54,783 nucleotides of DNA from IMG/VR virus record IMGVR_UViG_3300025844_000001; one strand, given 5' to 3'. Position 1 is the stretch's first letter. Each line of letters opens with the position of its first letter. Source of the stretch: an uncultured virus (IMG/VR IMGVR_UViG_3300025844_000001) (Duplodnaviria; Heunggongvirae; Uroviricota; Caudoviricetes; Demerecviridae). Below the pieces are notes generated by a model that worked only from the letters and a program-made list of their open reading frames with translations, was not told where the DNA came from and did no database searches. The translations under genes were made by a program, and so were the position numbers. Positions 10,094-20,500 of the stretch are shown in pieces.

Positions 10094-10118
10094 GGGAGCT
10101 TCGGCTCCCTTTTCTTTT
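10094..10118 (+). terminator. Rho-independent terminator
   Basis: GGGAGC-TTCG-GCTCCC then TTTTCTTTTT. Confidence 0.85.
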
Positions 10119-10128
10119 TGGAGTAACT

Positions 10129-10488
10129 ATGAAATCTTTAAAAGACCTAATAAACATATCTATTATTGAAGAACCACCTCTTAAAGAAGGAGATAAACCT
10201 CTTAAAGCTGTCAAAGCAACTATCCCAGAACTACGTTATATTAGGTATTTCCCCGATCACTATCAAGATAATCTTTCTGATGCAGAAGCCATGTTTATTT
10301 ATAATGAAAGTATTAAACAGGACATGCTGGAAAGTATGCATGAAAGAGAGATTAATGTAATATATTCTATTTCCCCACTACTAAAAGAATTAAAGTATCA
10401 GGCAAATGATCCTAGTAAGGTAGCATTAGTACTGGCTTTAGAGAAGAAGATACAAACACTTGCGGGATATTTAAGAGGTATTAAATAA
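10129..10488 (+). CDS. Hypothetical protein
   Basis: 119-aa ORF with GGAG RBS. Confidence 0.7.
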   Translation: MKSLKDLINISIIEEPPLKEGDKPLKAVKATIPELRYIRYFPDHYQDNLSDAEAMFIYNESIKQDMLESMHEREINVIYSISPLLKELKYQANDPSKVALVLALEKKIQTLAGYLRGIK

Positions 10489-10694
10489 TGGAAGCTAAAT
10501 ATAACTTACTAGTAATGTTCACCTGTTCTAATAATTCAACTCAAAGATACGAGGGTATGTTAACTAAAAGTCAGTTAACCAAATACTTAAATGAAATTAT
10601 TAAAGGCAATCCCAAAACACTTAGTGTTGTACGTAGAGATGATGGTGAAGTATATACCTTAGACGAAGGCTTTAAAGAGGGTATTAGATGGTAA
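10488..10694 (+). CDS. Hypothetical protein
   Basis: 68-aa ORF, GAGG RBS, coupled TAATG. Confidence 0.65.
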   Translation: MEAKYNLLVMFTCSNNSTQRYEGMLTKSQLTKYLNEIIKGNPKTLSVVRRDDGEVYTLDEGFKEGIRW

Positions 10695-10767
10695 AAATTA
10701 CCACCGCATTCTACCTAGTACTTAAACACCCGCGTGCAGGTATTATAAATATAAAGGATAATATAAC

Positions 10768-11757
10768 TTGAAAATACTATTCAGTGCCGATTGGCATATA
10801 AAATTAGGGAAGCGCAATATTCCCGATGAATGGCAAAGAAATAGATTCCTACTAATGGTAGACGCTATAAATGCTATTTACAAAGAACATAATTGCGAAT
10901 TACATATTATTGGTGGGGACATACTAGATGTAGCTAACCCATCAACAGACGATTTAGATTTATACTTTGAGTGTATTGCCCGACTAACTGGTGATATTTT
11001 ACTATACTCTGGTAATCATGAAATGTTAAAAAACTCACAAAGCTGCTTAACTAGCTTAGCAGCAGAAACTTCTAGATGTAATCCCTATGCTAGAGTTATT
11101 ACAGAGCCATATCGTTCTAAAGACTTCGATATTATTGACTATACTGAGTTACACAAAAAGACGTGGGTGCCTGCACTATCGACGATTTGTTTTACACATG
11201 TTCGTGGGGCTATAGACCCTCACGTGAAGCCAGAGATTTCACTAAATAGATTTGAAGAACACGGGTATAATCAGGTTATTGCGGGAGATCTCCACTCTGT
11301 AGAATGTTGCCAAAACACCCCAAACATCCCGTTACTTTATCCAGGCTCTCCTTTCAATACTTCTTTCTCAAGAGAAATTCCAAAGTCAACACATGGAGTT
11401 TTTATAGTAGATACCGATACTGGTAATACTGAATGGGTAGAGTTAACTGGGCTACCACAGTTAGTTAGACGCACAGTTGACTCAACAGATAAGATAGTAG
11501 CAGATAACTTCCACAGAATAGTTTATGAGTTAGTTGGTGATGTTATTGCATTAGGTAAAGTAGATAACTCTGAGCTATTAGATAAGAAAATAAATACTGG
11601 TATTAGTAAAGACGCTAAGCTACCGGGATTAGATGGAGATATACCTAATGAGGTTAGTGCGTACTGTACGGCTATACTAGGATTATCTACCGATGATACA
11701 GCTGATTTAATATCAGAGCTTCACAATATTGTGATTCTGGACGACTATAATGATTGA
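10768..11757 (+). CDS. D12: Mre11/SbcD-like recombination nuclease subunit (T5 D12)
   Basis: Metallophosphoesterase motifs ADWH, GGDILD, GNHE, GDLH, YPGSP. Confidence 0.92.
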   Translation: MKILFSADWHIKLGKRNIPDEWQRNRFLLMVDAINAIYKEHNCELHIIGGDILDVANPSTDDLDLYFECIARLTGDILLYSGNHEMLKNSQSCLTSLAAETSRCNPYARVITEPYRSKDFDIIDYTELHKKTWVPALSTICFTHVRGAIDPHVKPEISLNRFEEHGYNQVIAGDLHSVECCQNTPNIPLLYPGSPFNTSFSREIPKSTHGVFIVDTDTGNTEWVELTGLPQLVRRTVDSTDKIVADNFHRIVYELVGDVIALGKVDNSELLDKKINTGISKDAKLPGLDGDIPNEVSAYCTAILGLSTDDTADLISELHNIVILDDYND

Positions 11758-13873
11758 ATTAGGTAAGTTACAATTTAGTAATTGCCTACCTTTTGGGGAT
11801 AATATTGAAATTGACTTAGCTAAAAATGTTACAACTCAATTAGTAGGTAAGAATGGTTCTGGTAAAAGCTCGATCCCATTAATACTAGAAGAAATACTTT
11901 ACAATAAAAACTCAAAGGGTGTTGCAAAAGGGGATATACTTAATAGATTCTCAGGAGCTACCGAGTATACTATGAAGCTAGACTTCAAAGTAAATGGAAC
12001 ACCATATAGTATTGAGAAAGTAGTTAAGACCACAGCAAAAGTAACATTAATGTCTGATGGCGTTAATATAGGTGGACATACAGCCACACAAACTTATAAG
12101 ATAGTAGCTGATATACTAGGTATGGATATGACCACATTCTCCAAACTAGTTTATCAATCTCTTACTTCAAGCTTAGACTTCCTAACTGCTACAGATGGTA
12201 ATCGTAAAAAGTTCTTAATCAATCTACTTAACCTTGAAAAGTATCCTAGTATAGAAACTAGAATAAAGGAAGAAAGAAAGGATGTGGCTAATACCATGAC
12301 TAATCTTACTAGGGAATCAGATAGGTTAGAAGCTACTATTAAAAGTACTATTATACCTGATGTTATGTTAGAGATAGAAGTACCTGAGTCCTTAGCGGAT
12401 AAGTACCATGATGGTATTCTAAAGCTTAGTGAGGCTAAATCTATAGCACGTAATAGTCTTGATAACTTGCAAGAACGTGTAGATACGGAAAAGGCTAATG
12501 CGCTTAAAGATGCAGAGATTCATAAACATAAGCTACAAGAGTGGAATCGACAAGAAGCCATATGTCAAAGTATAGATAATGATATTAATATCTTAGATAA
12601 TAAACTAATCCCTGAAGCTAAGCAATCTAAGGAATACTTAGATACGTTGAAGCCACCTGATGAATCTAATATTTCATCTATAAGTGATGCTATTTCGCGC
12701 CTTGAGGAGACTATACGAAAACTTCAATGGGATATGGATGAGACTAAAAAGCTTTACAAAACATTTACTGCTGATGCCTTAGAGACTATATGTACTGCGT
12801 GTAATTCACCATTAGATAAAGCACAGGCAGCAAAGGAAGCAGAGAATAAGAAGCAGCTATTTATACAATGTAAGTCACAAAGAGATAGTTTACAAGCAGA
12901 ATTAGTAGCGTTACAGCGTGAACATAAGAGCCTATCCTTAGAGAGTAAATTGTATAAAGATGCAAAATATAGTTTTGAAGTAGCAGAACAAGCTGTAGTA
13001 TACGCTGAGAAATCTTTAGCAAAGAAACAAGCAGAATTTGCAAAAAGCTTAGGGGCAAATATTGAAGCTGTCCTAAGTGCAAAACCGATGACTAATTTAC
13101 TAAGTGCAAAACCGATGGTAGATTTACTAAGTGCAAAACCGACAATAAATATAAAAGAGGAATCAGAAGCACTTAAAGCAGAGATAACATCTATAGACAA
13201 AACTATAGCCGAGCTTAGGTTAGATATTATAGAAAGAGATAAACTAATTAAACGTGCTCAAGAATATAATATCGAAGCTGCTAAGAACAATATGAAACTC
13301 GATATTCTTCAAGAATCCTATAATAAAGCTGTAGTAGAACTTAAAGGTATTATGCAAGATAAAGTAACCTTACAAACTAGATTAACTAACATAGATGTAC
13401 TAGCTAAGATATTCGGACCGAAAGGTTTAATAGCTTATAAGCTAGAATCCTGTGTAAAGGTATTTGAGAATAAAGTTAACGAATACCTATCTAGTATTTC
13501 TGGTGGGAAGTTCGCTTTAGGATTTGAACTGGATGAAGCTAATCTTAAAGTAATAATGTTCTCCTCTGGTAAACAAGTTAACATAAGAACACTTAGTTCC
13601 GGTGAACTTAGTAAAGTAAACATATCAACACTTCTATCTATTAGAAGCCTAATGTCAGCAGTATCTAAGAATAGCTTGAATGCATTATTCCTAGACGAGG
13701 TAGTCTCTACTATTGACGAAGAAGGCATGGAAGATTTAATAGAGGTCTTAATTAAAGAACATAACCTAAACACTTTTGTTGTTAGTCACAACTACCAGCA
13801 TCCTCTAGTAGAGGTATTAAAAGTTATAAAGGAGAATAACATATCGAGGTTAGAGAATGGCGACTGGAGTTGA
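11750..13873 (+). CDS. D13: Rad50/SbcC-like ATPase subunit (T5 D13)
   Basis: GKNGSGKS, coiled coil with CTAC hook, LSSGE, LFLDE, VVSH. Confidence 0.93.
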   Translation: MIELGKLQFSNCLPFGDNIEIDLAKNVTTQLVGKNGSGKSSIPLILEEILYNKNSKGVAKGDILNRFSGATEYTMKLDFKVNGTPYSIEKVVKTTAKVTLMSDGVNIGGHTATQTYKIVADILGMDMTTFSKLVYQSLTSSLDFLTATDGNRKKFLINLLNLEKYPSIETRIKEERKDVANTMTNLTRESDRLEATIKSTIIPDVMLEIEVPESLADKYHDGILKLSEAKSIARNSLDNLQERVDTEKANALKDAEIHKHKLQEWNRQEAICQSIDNDINILDNKLIPEAKQSKEYLDTLKPPDESNISSISDAISRLEETIRKLQWDMDETKKLYKTFTADALETICTACNSPLDKAQAAKEAENKKQLFIQCKSQRDSLQAELVALQREHKSLSLESKLYKDAKYSFEVAEQAVVYAEKSLAKKQAEFAKSLGANIEAVLSAKPMTNLLSAKPMVDLLSAKPTINIKEESEALKAEITSIDKTIAELRLDIIERDKLIKRAQEYNIEAAKNNMKLDILQESYNKAVVELKGIMQDKVTLQTRLTNIDVLAKIFGPKGLIAYKLESCVKVFENKVNEYLSSISGGKFALGFELDEANLKVIMFSSGKQVNIRTLSSGELSKVNISTLLSIRSLMSAVSKNSLNALFLDEVVSTIDEEGMEDLIEVLIKEHNLNTFVVSHNYQHPLVEVLKVIKENNISRLENGDWS
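13073..13142 (+). repeat. In-frame 27-bp tandem repeat x3 (LSAKP units) in the D13 coiled coil
   Basis: CTAAGTGCAAAACCGA at 13073, 13100, 13127. Confidence 0.9.
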
Positions 13874-14345
13874 TTCAAGGGCTAAAGGCCAACGTGCAGA
13901 ATATGCAGTAAGAGACATGCTTAGAGAAGCAACTAAGCTAGAGTGGGATAGAGTTCCTGGTTCTGGTGGATTTGGTGCTTCACATGGGTTAAAGGGGGAT
14001 ATTTATCTCCCTACCCCTACAGGTAAAATAGCTGCTTTCACTATTGAAGTAAAGCACTATAAAGATGACGTAGTTAATAGTAATCTATTCAATACTACAG
14101 TCTCCCAATTAGAAAAGTTCTGGGAACAAACAGTACGAGAGTCTATTCAAATGAATGCTATGCCAATGCTAGTATTTAAGAAAGACAGAGGTAAATGGTT
14201 GGTTGCTCTCAATGTAGAAGATTTACCAGTAGAATACAAAATACCAGAACCAAACATTACATTTAATAAAGGTGAAATGCAAGTAGTTGTATTCCTATTT
14301 GAAAGCCTACTAGAAACAACAAAAGCGGAGTATTTTGTAAAATGA
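13857..14345 (+). CDS. D14: Holliday-junction resolvase-like nuclease (T5 D14)
   Basis: DSRAKGQRAE..RVPGSG..KGDIY..IEVKHY, PD-(D/E)xK fold. Confidence 0.85.
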   Translation: MATGVDSRAKGQRAEYAVRDMLREATKLEWDRVPGSGGFGASHGLKGDIYLPTPTGKIAAFTIEVKHYKDDVVNSNLFNTTVSQLEKFWEQTVRESIQMNAMPMLVFKKDRGKWLVALNVEDLPVEYKIPEPNITFNKGEMQVVVFLFESLLETTKAEYFVK

Positions 14346-15235
14346 CAATAAGCTGGGAACAACAAAATCGTCGTGGTACAGGTAATAACCTTATCATAGT
14401 AGACGGAATCAACTTAGCAATGAGATTCAAGCATAGAGGCCATAATATATTTGGTGCTGAATATCTAGCAACTATTAACTCTTTAGCAGCCTCTTATGGT
14501 GCTAAAGATGTATTACACTTATCAGACTTTGGTAAGTCAACTTACCGTAAAGAGCTACTGCCTACGTACAAAGGCGACCGTGAAGCTAAGCGTGAAACAC
14601 AAACAGAGGAAGAATCTCAATCTTGGGCTGACTTCTTTGATGGGTATATTCGTGCAGTTGAGTTAGTAGAAGAAACAGGTCATTGTATCATAAAACTAAA
14701 AGGTGTAGAGGCTGATGACTTGGCAGCTTACTTTGCACAGCATTTATACGATCGTTACGATACTATTTGGTTAATATCAACTGACCAAGATTGGGATCAA
14801 CTCCTTAACGATAAAGTAAAACGTTGGGCGTATACTAGTCAGAAAGAGTTTACAATTGATAACTTCTATGATGAACATGGGTGTGATAGCCCAGAACAGT
14901 ATTCTCATGTAAAAGCAATTCAGGGAGACCGAGGAGACTCTGTACCAGGTATTGATGGTATTGGTGTTAAACGCGCTTATAACCTAGTTAGGGAGTATGG
15001 CTCAGTTCATGACCTAGTAGGGGCATTACCAATTCCTGGTAAGCAATTATTTGTACAGAATCTTAATAGTAGTGGTGAAGAAGTTCTTCTTCGCAATCTA
15101 GAGTTAATGGATTTAATTTCATACTCTGATGATGCTATTGAACACGCTAGTAATACATATGATGGTGATTACTTTACTAAACTAGAAAATACATTAAAGG
15201 ACATTCGTAGTGATAAATATAGTATGCATAGATAA
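14342..15235 (+). CDS. D15: Flap endonuclease / 5'-3' exonuclease (T5 D15)
   Basis: IVDG, YRKE..YKGDR, GVEADD, STDQD, GDRGDSVPGIDGIG. Confidence 0.95.
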   Translation: MTISWEQQNRRGTGNNLIIVDGINLAMRFKHRGHNIFGAEYLATINSLAASYGAKDVLHLSDFGKSTYRKELLPTYKGDREAKRETQTEEESQSWADFFDGYIRAVELVEETGHCIIKLKGVEADDLAAYFAQHLYDRYDTIWLISTDQDWDQLLNDKVKRWAYTSQKEFTIDNFYDEHGCDSPEQYSHVKAIQGDRGDSVPGIDGIGVKRAYNLVREYGSVHDLVGALPIPGKQLFVQNLNSSGEEVLLRNLELMDLISYSDDAIEHASNTYDGDYFTKLENTLKDIRSDKYSMHR

Positions 15236-15653
15236 AGAATTAGTTCCAGTTATTGGCAGCGAAGATGCTGCTGGTATGGACTTAAAGACTTCAGTAGACT
15301 TCTGCCTAGAGCCAGGTAAAGAGATAAGCTTTGGGACAGGGGTTTCTGTAGAATTACCAAAGAATACGGTAGGCATTGTAGCTCCACGATCGAGTATGGG
15401 TAAGTATGAAGGACTACACATTGTACTTAAAAATACAATAGGAGTTATTGATTCTGATTATCGTGGAGAGATTCAAGTTAAACTACGTAATATAGGGACA
15501 AAAAATATTACCATGTATAAAGGAGATAGAGTGTGCCAACTAATAGTAGTACCTCATTTATCCCCAAAATTCAACCTTGTAACCGAGTTAACCAATACTG
15601 ACCGCGGAGCGGGCGGGTTTGGTAGTTCCGGTTGTGACATTAAACTAAAATAA
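15210..15653 (+). CDS. dut: Trimeric dUTPase
   Basis: AAGMDL, PRSS, GVIDSDYRGEI, RGAGGFGSSG. Confidence 0.96.
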   Translation: MINIVCIDKELVPVIGSEDAAGMDLKTSVDFCLEPGKEISFGTGVSVELPKNTVGIVAPRSSMGKYEGLHIVLKNTIGVIDSDYRGEIQVKLRNIGTKNITMYKGDRVCQLIVVPHLSPKFNLVTELTNTDRGAGGFGSSGCDIKLK

Positions 15654-15669
15654 ATAATAGGAGATTATT

Positions 15670-15885
15670 ATGCAAGACAAAGACGAAACAATTACTAAAC
15701 TTAAAGCTAACTTATTTGATAAGGGCGAGCAAATAGCAGAACTTAGTGGTATTTTACAAGCAATTGTAAATGTATTACAGCTTCAAGCTAATGAAGAAGG
15801 TAATATAACACCTAATATGTTAGTGGATGAAGTAACTAGATTAAAGGCACTTACACAGGCCGAGTATATTCCCTCAGAGGGATAA
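15670..15885 (+). CDS. Small hypothetical coiled-coil protein
   Basis: 71-aa ORF with AGGAG RBS. Confidence 0.7.
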   Translation: MQDKDETITKLKANLFDKGEQIAELSGILQAIVNVLQLQANEEGNITPNMLVDEVTRLKALTQAEYIPSEG

Positions 15886-15924
15886 AAGAAAACCCCATAA
15901 CTAAATAGTTATGGGGTTTTTTAT
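15885..15924. terminator. Bidirectional terminator between the convergent early and late modules
   Basis: AAAACCCCATAACTA-AA-TAGTTATGGGGTTTTTT. Confidence 0.85.
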
Positions 15925-15927
15925 TGC

Positions 15928-16305
15928 CTAAGCTACAGGAAAGTTAGTATCAAGTACTTCACTATTTAAGTGTAACTCACAGATATCTAGTGCAGGTAAA
16001 CCATCATACTCAGAAAGCATAGGTACGTTAAAGGTAGGATCACCGTATATACCCATACTATTATAATTATATAGTATATAAGGAACTAGTCCAGAATCAT
16101 AACTAGCTTGGTCAGGCCAGTATACAGCAGTATAGTTAATATTTCTATTATTAGACGTAGTACCATTGTACGTAGGGTTTAATAAATCACTAGTATCTAG
16201 TATATTACTAGATGATGTATTAGTATTCTCATTAATAGTTTTAACTGTTACAACTGCGTTATTATATACAGTGCCTTGTGGATCTCTAAATTTAATTGTA
16301 AACAT
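15928..16305 (-). CDS. Hypothetical tail-fibre-associated protein
   Basis: 125-aa ORF at the end of the tail fibre operon, GGAG RBS. Confidence 0.65.
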   Translation of the reverse strand: MFTIKFRDPQGTVYNNAVVTVKTINENTNTSSSNILDTSDLLNPTYNGTTSNNRNINYTAVYWPDQASYDSGLVPYILYNYNSMGIYGDPTFNVPMLSEYDGLPALDICELHLNSEVLDTNFPVA

Positions 16306-16326
16306 ATTATCTCCTTCGATAATTTA

Positions 16327-17568
16327 TTATGGTCCGTAGAACTCGAACCAGTAGTTAGTTGTGCAGCTTACTACTTGAGTAGGTGCTTTTGGGTGTCTTG
16401 CGTATATTGTAATCTGTCCTTGATAACGTCTCTCTACATACGAAGGTACCGTTATACCTATCTGTATGTCTCTATTAAGATTGCTCCATGTTCCTATAGC
16501 TACTGCAGATGAAGCTGAGACCCCAGTACTAGAACCTGTCTCGGTAACTACATATCTATATTCTGCTATATTCATTACATCAGGATGGAATCCTAGGAAC
16601 CAGTCAACACCTACTTCCCATCGTAAATAGAATGTGCCACCTTGTGACGTAGTATCATAAGATATAATTTTATTAGCTGGATAGGTTGATACATAAAATG
16701 AAGTAGCAGATCCTAAGAAGCTTCTTAAACTTAAAGGTAGAGAACTAGATACTGCACTATTTTGACTAATATCTGGTACTCTAGTTCCTCCAGGAGCCTT
16801 TAAGTAGTTACTAAGAGGTACGTTAACATCATATCTTGGTTTACCAAATAAGTCTGATAAATCCCTAATACTTATATTCCCACTAGTTATACCTATAGGT
16901 ATAATCTGACCAGCAGCAGGAGATGCCATAGTAGTAACATTAAAAGTAACTACTCTAGAACCTACTGTAACGCTAGTTACTTTAGTGGAACTATAACTAC
17001 TATTAGATATAATCTTAACTCGTATTTTATCCCCATTAGATATCGTCTGTGACGAAGCATAGGAACCGTTATTCTTACTAATCAAACCACCATTATTTGC
17101 AGAAGCAGTTACTGGTGTATTAATGCCTGTAATAGTAACTATATCTGTATAATAAGTTTGTAAAGGATTAGCGTTAACAATGTCAGTACCTAAGCTAAAA
17201 TTATCGGGTAAGGTATCAATACTAGATACACGATATAGGTACCAGTATGAAAACCCTGAGCCAGTAGTAGACACACGACAACTATCCGCATTAGGAATAG
17301 TGCCGCCTGTCTTTACTGTACGTGTAAATGAACTACCAACACTATACAAAGTAGCTAAAGAGCCATCTGTAAATGTATTAGTAGATATATTACCAAAATT
17401 AAGTTGACTCGGAGGTGCTCCAGCAACAGAGCTTATCCAAGTAAAAGTAACCGTATCCCCCTCAGTAATAGTTAAGGGGCTACCTGAACTGGTACTAGGA
17501 GTAATAGAAATACTATAGTCAGTACTTGTATTTCTCACAGTTGTTACATTAAATGCATGATTAGCCAT
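16327..17568 (-). CDS. Putative tail/fibre-associated virion protein (beta-sandwich domains)
   Basis: S/T/G-rich 413-aa ORF directly downstream of the L-fibre; DTLPDNFS..ITGINTPV pattern typical of virion accessory proteins. Confidence 0.6.
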   Translation of the reverse strand: MANHAFNVTTVRNTSTDYSISITPSTSSGSPLTITEGDTVTFTWISSVAGAPPSQLNFGNISTNTFTDGSLATLYSVGSSFTRTVKTGGTIPNADSCRVSTTGSGFSYWYLYRVSSIDTLPDNFSLGTDIVNANPLQTYYTDIVTITGINTPVTASANNGGLISKNNGSYASSQTISNGDKIRVKIISNSSYSSTKVTSVTVGSRVVTFNVTTMASPAAGQIIPIGITSGNISIRDLSDLFGKPRYDVNVPLSNYLKAPGGTRVPDISQNSAVSSSLPLSLRSFLGSATSFYVSTYPANKIISYDTTSQGGTFYLRWEVGVDWFLGFHPDVMNIAEYRYVVTETGSSTGVSASSAVAIGTWSNLNRDIQIGITVPSYVERRYQGQITIYARHPKAPTQVVSCTTNYWFEFYGP

Positions 17569-17570
17569 AG

Positions 17571-20500
17571 TTATCTACCTATATTCAAGTCTAGTAGCAT
17601 CTGTTTAATACTATCTATCTCAGCTTGTTGTTTAGTTATAACAGCATCTTGCTCTTTAAACGCAGCAACTAATAAGCCGATAAGCGCAGTAGATGAGACA
17701 TTAAGCTTCTCACCTAGTACTTCATCTTCAGTTTTAAAGATTGCCACAGGATAGACTTCCTCTACCTTTTGAGCAATCACACCACCATGACGACGACCAT
17801 CCATATCACTTCGATCGAAGGTCCAACCATCAAGTTGATTAACCATCCAACGAGCATTCTGAATTAATTCTAGATTAGACTTAACTCGAATATCTGAGGT
17901 TGAGATACAGTCAGCACCATAGACGGTATAAGCACACACCCAATTACCAGTATTATCAGACCACGCGCTCCACCCACTTGACGAGTTCAAGAACCCAATA
18001 CGATTGGAGTTACAATGTATTCGTCTAGTAGTGTTATCTGTATCTGTCATATAAATATTGCTAGCGGTTCCACTACCTACAGTTAGGTCTCCTGCCATAC
18101 TTACGGTACCCGTAGAAGTAACTTTAAAACTCCCGCCATTACTTCCAACCTCAAGTTGACCGTCCGTTCGTAAGACACTACTGCCACAATATATTCCTGA
18201 CGAGAAGGCGTTAAGGGGATTAATGCGTAACCAACTGTCACTAAACTGGATAACCCCTTTACCATCCCCATAATAGGTATCCCCGTTGGAGTTAACATTA
18301 CCCGCAACAGTTATCGCCCCACTTAAAGTTAAACTCCCTGAACTGCTCAAATTGCCTACGTTTCCATTTGCACCGTTACCAAAAATTATGCCACCATTAC
18401 CACTATAATAATTCAGGTGTAGTGTCCCCGTAGTCCCACAATCAATATGGAGGTTGCCATTTGTCGAAGCTATTGAGCTACCAAGAGCTGTGGTAATAGT
18501 TCGGCCATTGCCGCCTACGCGTAATATTCCACCCCAAGTACTATTACCTGCAAACTCAAGGTAGCCGTTTTGGGCTACCGTGCCACCCGCAACATTAATT
18601 GCACCACTCGCAAGTATATTCCAAGAATTACCATATAAGTTATTACCCCTAAAGTTCTGGTCACAACCAGAAGTATTACCGTGATATGTAGTACCAGCAT
18701 AGTTGTAGAAAATACCTACCCCAGTATTGAAGTACATATTACCACCTGTAAATTGGGTATAGTTTGCATCACCATAGAAGTAACCAGTTGCAGTGCCTAC
18801 CTGTAGACGTGCAGCTCTAAGTGTCCCAGTTGAACCCTGAATCTCAACATTTGCAGATGAATATACTGTATCTCCAGAATGCCATACAACGTCATACCAA
18901 TAGGCTGATAAATTATTAGAGTTAACATCAACAGTATCCGCCCATGTAGCAGTATCAGCATGACCTTTAAACGTACCATAAAAATTAGTAGAGTAAATAG
19001 CAGAGAATGGCCACGTAGTTGTACCAATACTACTATAACCTCCTGCTTGGTAAGGTAGAATACCTAATGTCGTAGTTCTTACCCAAGTGGCATTACTGTT
19101 ATCTTGCCCAAGTATACCAGCATAACCATTAGCATATTGGCTACCAATATACTGGTTTAAATGGCCGTGGTTGCCAGCCGCATAGTTTGTCGCCCCACTA
19201 CCAATATTATTATAACCGGCATGGTAAAGGGGGTTACCATTAGCCATAACTGTACCACCATTAGGGTTTAGGTTAATAATCCCCCCAATATATGCGTATC
19301 CCGTAGAGGAATGGCCACACTGAATATTTAACTCACGGCTGTTACTCACATCACCATTTTTAAGCCATATCGCTGCAGCATTATTCCCTCTAACTATCTT
19401 AAAAGGCACAGTACCATTATTATTCCAACATGATGAATCATTATTAGTAAAGTTTGGGTCACTAATACCCCCCTGAAAAGTAAGTTCTTGAACTTCATCA
19501 TAACCATTGTTTAAGACATACTGACTATGTGAGTGGTTCCCCGCAGCATAATTACTAGCCCCACCCCCAATATTCTCACCTGTGAAAACAAAGGTTTTCC
19601 AGCCACTCCAAGTAGCCTCAGAGACAGAACCACGATAGCCGACCACCCCATTGTCCCCAAAGGCCAGTTGCCCACTTAACCCTCCAGAGATGCCACCCCA
19701 AGCGTCAAGGTTTAGTACTCGGTGATAAGTCCCCCCACCCGCAGTAAATCCATCAGCAGTATTTTGTTTAAAGTGGTATCCAACACCAGAGTCAGAGTAA
19801 CCCGATGGTGGTAAATTTTCTGTACGAGTATCTTGACGGACTAAATATAATGAAGACCCAGATGTACCAGAGATTGAGCTATGGTCATGGTTCCCTGCTG
19901 CATAATTTGTAGCACCTGTTCCAATGTTGGTATTACTAGCAGAGTATTGTAATACGTTAACTACATTACCTAACCCAACTTGAGTAGGACTATGTGTGTG
20001 ACTACTAGTAGCAGCATCAGTAATTCCATAACCAGCTAAGGTTGTTGGTTTACCAGTAATTGAAGCAAAAGTATGTGTATGTCCACTAGTAGCAGCATCA
20101 GTAATTCCATAACCAGCTAAGGTTGTTGGTTTACTAGTAATCTGGCTAAATGGAATAGATGCACTTAATCCACCAACTGTTAAAGCCAGTGACATATTAC
20201 CTGAACCATCTATAATAACAGAACCAGTAGCATCCCCAGTTACACTAAGAGTTCTAGCAGTAGTCCATTTAGCTGCTTTTGCTACAGTTAAAGCTACTGC
20301 TTTATTAGCTGTACCATCAAAAGTAGTAGATCCAGTTGCATCACCTGTAAAGCTTATTGTACGAGCTGTAGTTAGCTTAGTTGCAGAAACTGCATTAGCT
20401 GCTGCATCTAGCTTACCGTCTAATACTAATTGAAGATCTGCTTGGTCTGATAAAGTACCTACGATACCTCCCCAAGTTCCTCCACCAGTTCCACCCATAC

